Assembly: GCA_044376115.1 (NCBI GenBank)
Contig: JBILLK010000008.1
Location: forward strand, 128,001 to 192,000
Direction of reading: 5' to 3'
Source: Polyangiaceae bacterium
GTDB lineage: Bacteria; Myxococcota_A; Polyangia; Polyangiales; Polyangiaceae
Length of the DNA: 64,000 bases
A program made the translations under genes and the position numbers. Below, piece after piece: positions 38,409 to 48,311 of the stretch (position 1 is its first letter; each line of letters starts with the position of its first letter). Under the pieces are notes generated by a model. That model saw only the letters and a program-made list of their open reading frames with translations. It had not been told where the DNA came from and did not search any database.

Positions 38409-38477
38409 TTGCGCATCCGTTGCGCAATTCGCGATCGGGTCGACCCAAGCGGGCGCCGAGTTGCGCAACTCGACGCC
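38409..38477. promoter_or_regulatory. Second TTGCGCAA palindrome cluster
   Basis: TTGCGCAT at 38409; TTGCGCAA at 38420 and 38461, the last within GGCGCCGAGTTGCGCAACTCGACGCC (26 bp, one mismatch). Confidence 0.5.
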
Positions 38478-38488
38478 TCGAGGTCCAG

Positions 38489-40519
38489 TCAAGGACAGGG
38501 TGCGGTCCAGTCCTCGCTGAGCGTTGGAACCGAGGCGGTTCCGGTCTTGAAGAAGGAGTCGAGGAAGCAGCTGTATTGCCGCTTCACGTCGTCCCGATGG
38601 GAGTAGATCGCGTGGGGGTCATAGGTGCCGTCGCCCTCGAATTGAGCCACCACGCCGGTGTACGAAGCACCAGTCTCTGAAACGAGATTGTTGGTCACCG
38701 GGAAGTCAATCACCCCGTCGAGGCCCTGCAGTGCGAGCGCCTCTTGCATCTCCGGCCACACCACGTCGCCCGCTTGCTTATGACCGTAGGCCAGCGCCGC
38801 GGCGTCGTAGATAACGGTCGGGAAGTAGGAATCCAACTCACCAACGGGCTCATAGATCGGCCGTACCGGGTGACCTTCGAGCGGGCGCCGTGCAACGCGT
38901 GGCATGTAGACCATCGGGTCAGCGGCCTCGAGACCAGCTGCAGAAATCGAGAACACCGGGTGGAAGAGGGAGAGCGGTCCCGAGCCGAGAACGACCTGCA
39001 ACAAGTTCGGGTAGGCGCCGTTCTCCAGCGTTGTTTCCATAATGAAGAAGGTCCAGTGGCCGCCGGCTCCGGTTGGAACCGCCGCTCGCAGCGTGGGCTC
39101 GGTTGCGCCAATGATATTGGTGTACATGCCGCCCATCGACTGGCCCATGATCACGAGCTTGTCGGGATTGAAGTGAAAGGCGGTCTCCCCGGCGGGGAGC
39201 TCTGCGCCAACACAACCTGCGAGCGCTTCAGGCGCGATCTCGAGCTTGGCCATCGCCTCGAGGAAGAGCCGTGCTTCCAGCGTCCCCTGCCGGAAGGTAT
39301 CGCGCATGGCCCCAAAGTTATTGACGTTCAAATATTCGGTTTCGCCTGCGCCGGGCAATCGCTCCGGATTGACCGGCATAGCAATCCCGGCGGTCGCAAT
39401 GCCTTTTACCGCATGGGGGAAGGCGGGCCCGATCGGCTCCCCGGGCATACCGTCATCACCGACTGGGCGCACCATCGCGATGCTGAAGCCGCCCGAGCCG
39501 TGCACGTTAAGGATCAGCGGGAAGCCGCCCGCCGGCATCGTCTGCTTGGGGATGACGATCGCCACCGGGACGTCCTCCGTTCGCTGCGAGACGAGCTTGC
39601 CGTCCGCGAACTCAAAGCGCCCCTCGGTGTCGAAGGGCGGCTCACCTCGTTGGAACTGCGGCAAAGCAACGGTGGCTCGCAAGACGCACAGCTCGGGGAA
39701 GTCCTGCTCGGCGTCGAGCGTGACGCCTGAGATCGGCACGTCGAAGTCGGCCACCACTTGATCACCGATTGCGCTCATCTCAGCGACGATGTCCCCAGTG
39801 GTGAAGACGGTCGCTGCGACCACGCTCTGGACGTCCACGCCGACCGCCTCGAGCGCCGGCCAGAGTGGAGCCGCCAATGCGTCGAACTGCTCCTCTTTGG
39901 GCGACTCGGCCTTGTGCAAAACCATGCGCTCGATCACGTCATTGGAAGCGAGCGGCAGGCCGTCTGCGCGGTTGGCCTCTTTCATGACGGCCACGCCGTA
40001 CTTCGTATTGGGCCGCAGAATGAAGCCCGGCCTTGGTGCGACCGCCAACACGTTGGAGGGCGTATAGATGTCCTCATCGAGCGTCTTGGCGATTACCGGA
40101 ATCAGCTTGCCGAAGTCCGGGGAGTCCTCCTGCAGGTCCACTAGGTGAATCGCCGCCGTCGCGTCCGCCGGTAGCACCACCGCTGGGTCTTTCGCCTCGA
40201 GCGCGCCGTCGAAGCGGAAGTAGGCGACCGGGATGACCGGAAAGCCCTTCGCCTCGGCGGCGTTGGCCGCCAAGCCGCGGACCATCTCGAGCGAACTCGG
40301 ATTCGGGAAGCCGCGCAAATCGGGCGTGCCCTCACCGGTCAAGCGCAGATCGAAGGGATAAGGGGCATCAAAGAACTTCGCCGGGTCGGTCGGATCCGCC
40401 TCGAGATCGATGATGAATTTGACGCCCGGCTCGGGCTCGGGCTTCGTCTCGGTGTCGTCCCCGCAGGCGAAAAGCCCGAGCGAAAGCGTCATTACGACGA
40501 GGAAGCCCGAGGCTCTCAT
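38489..40519 (-). CDS. Lipoprotein alpha/beta hydrolase
   Basis: Lipobox LFAC; VHGSGG oxyanion region, GQSMGG nucleophile elbow, C-terminal DPHAI. ATGA overlap with ppsR. Confidence 0.82.
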   Translation of the reverse strand: MRASGFLVVMTLSLGLFACGDDTETKPEPEPGVKFIIDLEADPTDPAKFFDAPYPFDLRLTGEGTPDLRGFPNPSSLEMVRGLAANAAEAKGFPVIPVAYFRFDGALEAKDPAVVLPADATAAIHLVDLQEDSPDFGKLIPVIAKTLDEDIYTPSNVLAVAPRPGFILRPNTKYGVAVMKEANRADGLPLASNDVIERMVLHKAESPKEEQFDALAAPLWPALEAVGVDVQSVVAATVFTTGDIVAEMSAIGDQVVADFDVPISGVTLDAEQDFPELCVLRATVALPQFQRGEPPFDTEGRFEFADGKLVSQRTEDVPVAIVIPKQTMPAGGFPLILNVHGSGGFSIAMVRPVGDDGMPGEPIGPAFPHAVKGIATAGIAMPVNPERLPGAGETEYLNVNNFGAMRDTFRQGTLEARLFLEAMAKLEIAPEALAGCVGAELPAGETAFHFNPDKLVIMGQSMGGMYTNIIGATEPTLRAAVPTGAGGHWTFFIMETTLENGAYPNLLQVVLGSGPLSLFHPVFSISAAGLEAADPMVYMPRVARRPLEGHPVRPIYEPVGELDSYFPTVIYDAAALAYGHKQAGDVVWPEMQEALALQGLDGVIDFPVTNNLVSETGASYTGVVAQFEGDGTYDPHAIYSHRDDVKRQYSCFLDSFFKTGTASVPTLSEDWTAPCP

Positions 40520-41361
40520 ACGCTCACCGCTCCAACCGAAAGGACGCTGGGTGGAAGCCGCTCGCGCAGCGACTCGAGCACGATCACCGCCGACTCTTCG
40601 ACAGCGCGGCCCGTGACGTCCACGACCGGCCAACCGTTGTCTCGGAAAAGGCCCTCGGCGTAGTCGAGCTCCTCACGCACGTGCTCGCGCATGCCGTAGT
40701 TGGTTTCGATCGGCATGCCGAGTTGGCGCAGCCGCGCTTGCCGAATCTCGCACAGTTGTTCGATGCCAATCGTCAGCCCAACGCAGCGATCTTGCGGAGC
40801 TTCACGCAATTCGAGAGGGAGCGCGGCTCCAAGTACGAGCGGCAGATTCGCGACCTTGAGTCCGCGTTGCGCCAACAGCAACGAGAGCGGCGTCTTGGAG
40901 GTACGCGAAACGCCGATCAGCACGATGTCCGCTTTGCGGAAGTTGCGCGGGTCTTTGCCGTCGTCGCTCTTGACCGCAAACTCGACCGCCTCGATGCGGC
41001 GGAAGTACTCATCGGAGAGCGGCAACATGGCGCTGGGCATGCCGATCGGCGCGCGGTCCAAATAGGTGCCGAGCTTGCCGATCAGCGAGCCGATGACGTC
41101 GATCGCCTCGATTGTCAGTTCATTCGTCATCTGGTGAATGAACTCACGCAGCTCCGGTGAAACGACGGTGAAGACGAGCAGCGCATGCTCTTTGGCTGCG
41201 CGCTCGAGAATCGGACGCGCAACATCCTTGGAGCGGACGCGCGTATGTAGACGGATTTGAGCTCCACTCTTCGGGAATTGGAGCAGAGCGGCACGCACGA
41301 CCTTCTCTGCAGTCTCACCAGTCGAATCGCTCAGAACATCGATGTAACGGGGTTCTTCCAC
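40516..41361 (-). CDS. ppsR: PEP synthase / pyruvate-phosphate dikinase regulatory kinase-phosphotransferase (DUF299)
   Basis: SDSTGETAE, YFRRIEAVEFAVKSDDG, GVSRTSKTP. Confidence 0.94.
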   Translation of the reverse strand: MEEPRYIDVLSDSTGETAEKVVRAALLQFPKSGAQIRLHTRVRSKDVARPILERAAKEHALLVFTVVSPELREFIHQMTNELTIEAIDVIGSLIGKLGTYLDRAPIGMPSAMLPLSDEYFRRIEAVEFAVKSDDGKDPRNFRKADIVLIGVSRTSKTPLSLLLAQRGLKVANLPLVLGAALPLELREAPQDRCVGLTIGIEQLCEIRQARLRQLGMPIETNYGMREHVREELDYAEGLFRDNGWPVVDVTGRAVEESAVIVLESLRERLPPSVLSVGAVSV

Positions 41362-41407
41362 AAGCGAAAGCTAGCACTATCCCCCGTCAGGGTGCGCGTG
41401 GAGTTGC

Positions 41408-42511
41408 TCAGGAGAACAGGTTCTTCAACCGGTCCATTAGGCTGGGCTCCGGAGCGGCCGGCTGAATCTTGTTGCCCAGCGTCTCTGCCAGCGCTTGAAC
41501 GAGTCGGCGTTGCTCCTCGTCGAGCTGCTTTGGCACCTCGACGGTGATCTCGACCAGCTGGTCGCCGCGGCCGCTCACCATGCGCTTCGGCATGCCGCGC
41601 CCGCGAATCCGCAGCACGGTTCCCGGCTGGGTTCCGGCCGGTACGCGCAGCTTGCCCTTGCCGTCGAGCGTCGGCACCTCGAGCTCACCGCCGAGGGCGG
41701 CCTGGGGGAAGGAGATGGCCAGCGAACACACGACGTCGTCCCCAGCGCGCCGGAAATACTCGTGTGGCGCCACGCGAATCACCAGCTCGAGATCGCCAGC
41801 AGCGCGGTCCGCGCGAAGGAAATTGCCGGCGCGCTCCACCACGCGGGCAGCGCCGTTCTCGACGCCGGGAGGGACCGTGATTTCGATCGTACGCTTTTTG
41901 GAGCCGAGCCCGGCGCCGCTACAGGTCTTGCAAGGGTCTTTCACGATGCGGCCATTCCCGCGACACTGCGGACACGGCCGCTCGATGGCGATCGGCAGGA
42001 CGCCCGCGGACACGCGGATTTTACCGCGGCCTTTGCATTGGCCGCAGGTCTCTGGCACCGACCCGGGCGCCGAGCCGCTGCCAGAACAGTCGTCACAGGC
42101 CTCGATGCGCTCGTAGGAGATCTCCTTGGTGCAGCCGAAGGCAGCTTCTTCGAAGGTGAGCTTCACCTCTTTTTGCAATGGCGCAGGCTGACCAGGGCGA
42201 ACGCCGAGCGCCCCTAAAAGGTCGCCGAACAAGCCATCGATCGACACCTCCGAAAAATCGAAGGGCATACCGCCGGCAGGCCCGCTCGCGCGTGTGCCGT
42301 CCCCGACGCCAAAGCGGTCAAACATCTCCCGCTTCTTCGGATCACTGAGGATTTGGTAGGCGGCGTTCAGTTCTTTGAAACGCTGCGGCGCCTCGGCATC
42401 CCCAGGGTTGCGATCCGGGTGGTGCTTGGCCGCGAGTTTGCGAAAAGCCGCTTTGATTTCGTCCGCCTCGGCCGAGCGATCGACGCCGAGAACCTGATAC
42501 GGATCCTTCAT
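41408..42511 (-). CDS. dnaJ: Chaperone DnaJ (class I)
   Basis: J domain with HPD, four CxxCxGxG repeats and a C-terminal domain. Confidence 0.94.
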   Translation of the reverse strand: MKDPYQVLGVDRSAEADEIKAAFRKLAAKHHPDRNPGDAEAPQRFKELNAAYQILSDPKKREMFDRFGVGDGTRASGPAGGMPFDFSEVSIDGLFGDLLGALGVRPGQPAPLQKEVKLTFEEAAFGCTKEISYERIEACDDCSGSGSAPGSVPETCGQCKGRGKIRVSAGVLPIAIERPCPQCRGNGRIVKDPCKTCSGAGLGSKKRTIEITVPPGVENGAARVVERAGNFLRADRAAGDLELVIRVAPHEYFRRAGDDVVCSLAISFPQAALGGELEVPTLDGKGKLRVPAGTQPGTVLRIRGRGMPKRMVSGRGDQLVEITVEVPKQLDEEQRRLVQALAETLGNKIQPAAPEPSLMDRLKNLFS

Positions 42512-43452
42512 GCCGACAGAAACTCCTCGGCGCGAGCGTGGCGCGCCTTGTCGCCGTTGGCCAGTCGGATCACCAAATCGGCCATCTTATCGACCACCCA
42601 TTCAAAGTGGTCCGGGCCGAGCGAGCTGATGTCGAAGTCAGGGGCTGAGTTCATGAAGTCGATGGCGTAGGGCACCCCGTCGCGAATCGCGAACTCCACC
42701 GTATTCATGTCGTAGCCGAGAGCGCGGCAGAGGGTCTTGGCGTCGGCGGTTACGCGGGCGAGTAGCGACTCGGAGAGCGGGGCCATCGTCTCCGCAGCTT
42801 TTGTGTAGCGGTCAAAGTGCCCGAGACGCGGGTCCCACAGCGCGACCTTCACTTCTTCTTTGCCGATCACGATGCAGCGCACGTACGCCGACCACTCGAT
42901 GGCTTCTTGGACGATCATGGTGCCGCGCGCGCTCTTGTCATACGCGCGGAAAAGCTCCTCCAGGTTGTCGACCTTGGAGACATCACGAAAGCCGCCCCCC
43001 CAGTGAGGCTTCATGAACATCGGAAAGCCGAAGTCTTTCACGAGGCCGCTCCAGTCGAGCGGGTAAGCCAGATTGGCGAGCGAGGCACTCGAGATATCTT
43101 CACCGTAGGACTTGGAGGGAAGCAGCGCCGTCTTGGGAACGGCCACACCGAGCGATGCTGCGAGCCCCGTGTTGAAGAACTTGTCGTCGGCGATGCGCCA
43201 AAACGGGTTGTTCACGAGCCGCGTTCCATGCAGCGCGGCGAGCTTCAGAATGGGCTGATAACAAGTGATGTCGTGGCTGATACGATCGACCAATACGTCG
43301 TAGGCGGGCGGAGCGTCGATGCGGGTGATGTCAAGCCGGGCGTACTCGCACGTTACGCCCTGATTGCGGCTGCCAACGCGGGCGATGAGAGCATCGGGAA
43401 ATGAACGCTCTCTCCCCACCACGATCCCGACCCGCTTTTGACCATTCGACAT
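42508..43452 (-). CDS. RimK/glutathione synthase-like ATP-grasp ligase
   Basis: DRISH, NNPFW..ADDKFF, FMKPHWGGG, QEAI, TVEFA, IDFMNSAPD. Confidence 0.85.
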   Translation of the reverse strand: MSNGQKRVGIVVGRERSFPDALIARVGSRNQGVTCEYARLDITRIDAPPAYDVLVDRISHDITCYQPILKLAALHGTRLVNNPFWRIADDKFFNTGLAASLGVAVPKTALLPSKSYGEDISSASLANLAYPLDWSGLVKDFGFPMFMKPHWGGGFRDVSKVDNLEELFRAYDKSARGTMIVQEAIEWSAYVRCIVIGKEEVKVALWDPRLGHFDRYTKAAETMAPLSESLLARVTADAKTLCRALGYDMNTVEFAIRDGVPYAIDFMNSAPDFDISSLGPDHFEWVVDKMADLVIRLANGDKARHARAEEFLSA

Positions 43453-43503
43453 GCCCGTTACTCTCCCTGTGGTGAACTCGGCGGCGGATGATAGGTTACA
43501 GCT

Positions 43504-43896
43504 GTGACTGTGGACGACCGCCGCCGAAATGCTCGCAACGCGATTGAACTCAACGTGGAGTACAAGCGCATCAATACGTTCTTCTCGGACTACACGCGAA
43601 ACATTTCCAAAGGTGGAACGTTCATCCGAACGACGCGACCACTGAAGTTGGGAACCCAGTTCGTGTTCGCTCTGAGAATTCCCAATCTGGAGGAGCCGTT
43701 GAGGCTCAGGGGCCTTGTAAAATGGGTGGTTTCAGCCGAGGAGGCGACCGCCGAACAACCGGTGGGGATGGGCATCGAGTTTCAATACGCATCCGATGAG
43801 GAGCGCCGCGCCACGGAAGAAGTCGTGGAGGGTCTAATGAGTCGAGAGCTCGGTGAAACCCTCTCCAGCCGACTGCTCAAGAAGCGTCTTTCCTGA
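43504..43896 (+). CDS. PilZ-domain protein (myxobacterial TIGR02266-like)
   Basis: RRNAR (RxxxR), NISKGGTFI, GMGIEF. Confidence 0.88.
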   Translation: MTVDDRRRNARNAIELNVEYKRINTFFSDYTRNISKGGTFIRTTRPLKLGTQFVFALRIPNLEEPLRLRGLVKWVVSAEEATAEQPVGMGIEFQYASDEERRATEEVVEGLMSRELGETLSSRLLKKRLS

Positions 43897-46068
43897 GTGA
43901 GTGCGCTCACCATGCGCGGCTGGTTGTTCAGGGCTCTCAAGCTTGGGCTGGTAGCGGCGTCCCTGACTACCGGAGCAGCATGCTCACCTCAGGGCGCCAA
44001 AGATCCATCGAGCGTCGCTTGGTCGGTTACGCCCTTGCCGGTCTCGGAGGAAGAATTCGCGAGTTCGCTGGCCAACGTACTTTCACAGAGCCTCGAGGGG
44101 GAGCCCGGGCAACGGCAACTGCTCGGCGTCGTGCAACGCCAACTAGCCCACGCCAACCATCGCTTCGAGCGAGGAGACCGGAGCGGCGGGACAGCCAGCG
44201 TGATGGGTGCCTTTTATCTGCTTCAGGCCACCGACCAGCAACAAGGCTTCCTCGACCATGAGGCGCAACTTGCTATTCGCGCGGCCATCGCGTCGCTCTC
44301 GGCGCGCGGAGAGATCGGCAAGGTCAGTATCCTTTTGGAGCTACTTCGCCCGGCCGTCTCGGCTCAAGAGCAGAGTGAGATCGACGAGCAGCTGCGAACC
44401 ATCGCGCGGTTTCGCGAGGAGACGTTGACCGGCCACCCGATGGTGCAGGCCGGGGACCGCGAACGAACTGCTACCGCACGCGCGCTGCTCTCGCCGCCTG
44501 CGGTAGACGAGGCGGTACGCAGCACCAGCACCCTGATCGACCTTGCGATCGCGGGCAATCAGGAGTTCCAACAGACGGGTCGTCGTCCCACGCCGGAGGT
44601 GGCCGACGAGATCATTCGCGGCCTGGACGCCGGCGCTTTCACCATCGTTGCTCACCACTTTCGCCAAGGGAGCTTCGAGCAAGCGCTCGAGACGGTCGAG
44701 GAGTCGAGCGCGAGGCTTACTCTCGATCCAGATTTCTTCGCCGACATGAACGCGGCCGTCAAACGCGACGACGCACGCAGCTATCGCAAGCTCTACGACG
44801 CTTTCTCCGGGAATACGCGTGCGCGCGCCGGAGGCAACATGGGCCTCGACAAGGATCTGTTCGAGGCCGCGACCTTCGCGCTGCTGCGCGCCACGCTCAA
44901 ACGCGCCCCCCATGATCGCGATACGGCGCTCGAGTTTGCTGACCTGCTCACCAAGCTCGGACTTCCGGAGGCCGTGCCAGCGGTCCTCCGTGAGCCAGCC
45001 AAGGGCGCTTCGGATTTGGAGTTGGTGGAGATCGTCGATGCGATGGTCGCGGCAGCTCAGTCGCGGTCGCGCGCAGATGACCACCCGGGCGCTTTGCATA
45101 CGCTGGAGGCCGCTGTGATGGTCGTGGCGCCGCTGCGGCCAAAGCTCGATCGCGCAAAGGCGTCGCTCTTCGAGCTGCATCAGGCCTATGCCCAGGAGCA
45201 GTTGAGGGCTGGCCGCTTGGCGCCGGCCATCGACTCGTTCACGACGGCCTTTGAGCTGTCGTTCGATGCTCGCGTGCTGTTGCGACGAGCGGAGGTGAAA
45301 CGTGCTTTGGGCGATCATGCAGGGGCTCGCGCAGACCTCGAGCTTTTGCTGAGTAAGACCAAAGATCCGCTTTTCGCGACCCAAGCTCGGCTCTCTCTCG
45401 CCACCACGAACCTGGCGCTGCGCGACCGAGCAGCCGCCCAGCAAGACCTCGTGCTCGCCTCGGAGCTCGCGCAGAAGATTGCCCGCACCCAAAGTCCAGC
45501 AGGCGTACGTGCGCGCGCCTATGCCCTGCTCGGTCGAGCCCACACGATGCAGGGCCAGTCGGCTAACGCCAAGGTCGACTTCGAAAACGCGCTGCGTGAG
45601 GCCGAGAGCGACGCCAACCTGTTGGGCCAAACCATGCTCGAGACGATCTCTTCGCTTTGGCTGCTTGGAGAACGCGACGCAATGCTCGCTGCCTTTGATT
45701 TCGGTGCGGCCCACGGTGCGCCGCGCGATGCAATGCTGTACGCGGCGCTATGGCTTCACTACGAAGCTGCGCAAGCCGGAAAGCGGCAGCCCGAGGAGCT
45801 CGCTCCGATGTTGGAGAACGCCAGCGAGTTCGGTGGCTGGCACGGAAGGCTCGCGCGCTTCGCGCTGGGCAAGCTGAGTGAGGCTGATCTATCGGCCGCA
45901 GCCGTCTCCGAAGTCGACCGGGTCGAGGCTCGGTTTTATTCGGCGATGGCGCGACGTGCTCGCGGGCTCGACGTACAAAAGGAGCTTTTGGATCTAGCGT
46001 CTGCACGCAGCGCGGAGCTGTTCGAGACGCGGCTGTGCCAGGCCTGGACACAAGCCAACAAGCCGTAG
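43897..46068 (+). CDS. TPR-containing lipoprotein
   Basis: Lipobox GAAC; all-helical with TPR-like repeats in the C-terminal half. Confidence 0.75.
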   Translation: MSALTMRGWLFRALKLGLVAASLTTGAACSPQGAKDPSSVAWSVTPLPVSEEEFASSLANVLSQSLEGEPGQRQLLGVVQRQLAHANHRFERGDRSGGTASVMGAFYLLQATDQQQGFLDHEAQLAIRAAIASLSARGEIGKVSILLELLRPAVSAQEQSEIDEQLRTIARFREETLTGHPMVQAGDRERTATARALLSPPAVDEAVRSTSTLIDLAIAGNQEFQQTGRRPTPEVADEIIRGLDAGAFTIVAHHFRQGSFEQALETVEESSARLTLDPDFFADMNAAVKRDDARSYRKLYDAFSGNTRARAGGNMGLDKDLFEAATFALLRATLKRAPHDRDTALEFADLLTKLGLPEAVPAVLREPAKGASDLELVEIVDAMVAAAQSRSRADDHPGALHTLEAAVMVVAPLRPKLDRAKASLFELHQAYAQEQLRAGRLAPAIDSFTTAFELSFDARVLLRRAEVKRALGDHAGARADLELLLSKTKDPLFATQARLSLATTNLALRDRAAAQQDLVLASELAQKIARTQSPAGVRARAYALLGRAHTMQGQSANAKVDFENALREAESDANLLGQTMLETISSLWLLGERDAMLAAFDFGAAHGAPRDAMLYAALWLHYEAAQAGKRQPEELAPMLENASEFGGWHGRLARFALGKLSEADLSAAAVSEVDRVEARFYSAMARRARGLDVQKELLDLASARSAELFETRLCQAWTQANKP

Positions 46069-46083
46069 AAGATCGGACGGCCA

Positions 46084-46995
46084 ATGGCTAAACGTGACGG
46101 CGGCGGCGCGAACATCCTGGAGGGCTGGCAAGCAGGCGCTGTGGCCGTGTTCGTGGCGGCCGTGGTAACCGCTGTAATCGTTCCGCGCTCAGCCCCGCCG
46201 CACGGGATTCCACCGTCTTCGCTCACACCGAATGAACTCGACCGAGCCCGTATTCGAAGCTTTCAGCTGGCTCAGCCCGCCGCACGCCATGAACTCCCCC
46301 ACGCGGTCGAGCTCCTGAGTGCACGCCTGCGGGCCCTCGGAACGGCCGAAGCCAACGGTGATAGCGCAGCCGTTGCGAAGTGGGCCGGCGAGCTCGACGA
46401 CTCCGCCCGGCGGCTATTGGCCACCAACCTCCAAGATCTTGTGGCGCTGCGAGCGTTCTTGGCGCGTGAGTTTGCAGCGAACTACTTGCAACACCTCAAA
46501 CGCGCGAACTCGAGCCCCGCGCTCAAAGAACTGGGCGGAGCGACGCTCGCGGAGATGGAACGCAATGGTTGGTTGCAAAGCCTGGAGGACGCGCCGAGCA
46601 ACGCCGATGTCGTCTTGATTGGGCTGTTCAATCGCCGATTCAACCTGATGGTCGCGCCCGAAGGCTCGGCATTGTCACTGGATCCAATCGAGGAACGCGC
46701 CGTGCTCGATTTCCTGATCGCACATCCCCCACTCAGCAACCTGGCTGGATCTCGCGCCGAAGCGAACAGCGGGCGCGGCAAGTACGTGATCGCCCAGATT
46801 GAAAGCCTGGCCAAGCTCGAGCCGTCTTATCCGGCACCGTTCGCCAAAGGCATCGTCTACTACGAGATGGGCCAGTTCGACTCAGCGGCGAACGCGTTCG
46901 ACGCGTACCTCGAGCGAAACCCGAACGGCCCACACCGATTGCGCGCGGTCAACTTCTTGAAAGCGAGCGTCGAAGAGGCAAACGCGCTGCACTGA
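46084..46995 (+). CDS. Membrane-anchored protein with C-terminal TPR
   Basis: N-terminal TM; AKGIVYYEMGQFDSAANAFDAYLERNPNG. Confidence 0.75.
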   Translation: MAKRDGGGANILEGWQAGAVAVFVAAVVTAVIVPRSAPPHGIPPSSLTPNELDRARIRSFQLAQPAARHELPHAVELLSARLRALGTAEANGDSAAVAKWAGELDDSARRLLATNLQDLVALRAFLAREFAANYLQHLKRANSSPALKELGGATLAEMERNGWLQSLEDAPSNADVVLIGLFNRRFNLMVAPEGSALSLDPIEERAVLDFLIAHPPLSNLAGSRAEANSGRGKYVIAQIESLAKLEPSYPAPFAKGIVYYEMGQFDSAANAFDAYLERNPNGPHRLRAVNFLKASVEEANALH

Positions 46996-47034
46996 GGGTT
47001 GCTTAGCTGACGCAGCTGCGCGACGCTCCCGCGC

Positions 47035-47487
47035 ATGGCCGTCGAGGAAGTCTTCTCCAATGTGGAGTTCTGTCTCCGATACTCCGGGAAGATTGCGTAC
47101 GCCGGTTGGTTCGCAGCACCCCGCCTCGAGTACATGTTGATGGTCGAAAGGCTCTCAAACACCCACCGCGGCGAGCTCGCCCTGGCCAACATCATCGTGG
47201 CGGGCAAAGCAACCTTCACCGAGGATGTCCGCGAAGCCGGCATCCGCATGACAAGAAAACACGCCTTCTCCCGGGGCGCGGCTCACCTGGTCTTGGTCGA
47301 CGGCTTGAAAGGCTCAGCTGTGAAAGCGTTCCTGAGCATGGTCATGCTGGTGGGCCGCGCGCCAGCAAAAACCAAGGTGTTCAGCGACACAGCCCTTGCC
47401 AGTCGGTTTCTTGCGGCGCTGGTCAAGACGACAGAGGCTTCGGAGGTCGAGGCCTTGATCAAGCGAACAGCCGCCAATCAGCCCTAG
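47035..47487 (+). CDS. Hypothetical protein (possible STAS/SEC14-like)
   Basis: 150 aa; GSAVKAFLSMV...KTKVFSDTALASRFL ending typical of this myxobacterial family. Confidence 0.62.
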   Translation: MAVEEVFSNVEFCLRYSGKIAYAGWFAAPRLEYMLMVERLSNTHRGELALANIIVAGKATFTEDVREAGIRMTRKHAFSRGAAHLVLVDGLKGSAVKAFLSMVMLVGRAPAKTKVFSDTALASRFLAALVKTTEASEVEALIKRTAANQP

Positions 47488-48203
47488 CTAGTCAGGTCCG
47501 CATCACAGCTGAGGCAATGGTCTGGCACAGACTCCTTGTGATAGACCTCGCCACAAAGCCCGCAAACGCGAGCGTCGCGCTCCATCGAGAGCAGCCGATC
47601 GGTGGCCTTGCAGCGTAAACCCGCCGCTTGAAACGGCTCCAAGGCGATCAGCTCGCCGACGTCCCCTTGGGCGTTCACATTCTCGTCGATGTCTTTCACT
47701 CGCACCGGCAAGCGCCTGCGAGCCTCCGCCAATGCCAGCGCCGCAGCCCCGGGGTTCTCCGTTAGGTCGATGGTAACGAGCTTGGCCGAGCCAGAGAACG
47801 ACAAGACCCCAGAAGCCAGTCGAATGGCGTCGATCTCGTTCCAACCGAGCCGTTCAATTTGCTCGTCGGCTCGCTCCACACCAACCCCCGCGTCTCCAAC
47901 CCGAATGGCCGGACGCGAGCGGGCGCCCATCGCCAGACCAACCAGCAAGAGCACAACGCCAACCCCGAGCATATGAAGGGCGTAAGGATGGGGGATCGCC
48001 CGCAAAAATTGACCAAAAACGCCTGCACCAAGGAGCAGCGCCCCAGCCGAAGAAGCGACGATCGGAAGCACTGACATGGCCCCCGAGTCCGGTGCAAATC
48101 GCCGCTCGCTACGTGCAGCGTCCACCGTCTTCAGGATTTGTCCGCGGGCCGACGCCTGCGATTCTGCGGAGCGACGCTTCGCTTTCGTTTTGGGCTTCGG
48201 CAT
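47484..48203 (-). CDS. Membrane protein with C-terminal Cys/His zinc finger
   Basis: Two TMs, a PH-like middle and C..CGLCGEVYHKE...CLSC. Confidence 0.72.
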   Translation of the reverse strand: MPKPKTKAKRRSAESQASARGQILKTVDAARSERRFAPDSGAMSVLPIVASSAGALLLGAGVFGQFLRAIPHPYALHMLGVGVVLLLVGLAMGARSRPAIRVGDAGVGVERADEQIERLGWNEIDAIRLASGVLSFSGSAKLVTIDLTENPGAAALALAEARRRLPVRVKDIDENVNAQGDVGELIALEPFQAAGLRCKATDRLLSMERDARVCGLCGEVYHKESVPDHCLSCDADLTS

Positions 48204-48311
48204 GATTCAGCTGGTCTCGTAGCAAAACGAGCACGGGGAGCAAAGAACCCTTTGGGCCTGCAAAGCGGGTGACGCCCTGGCCCGGGCGTTTCACCATAGG
48301 GAGATGGAGCC

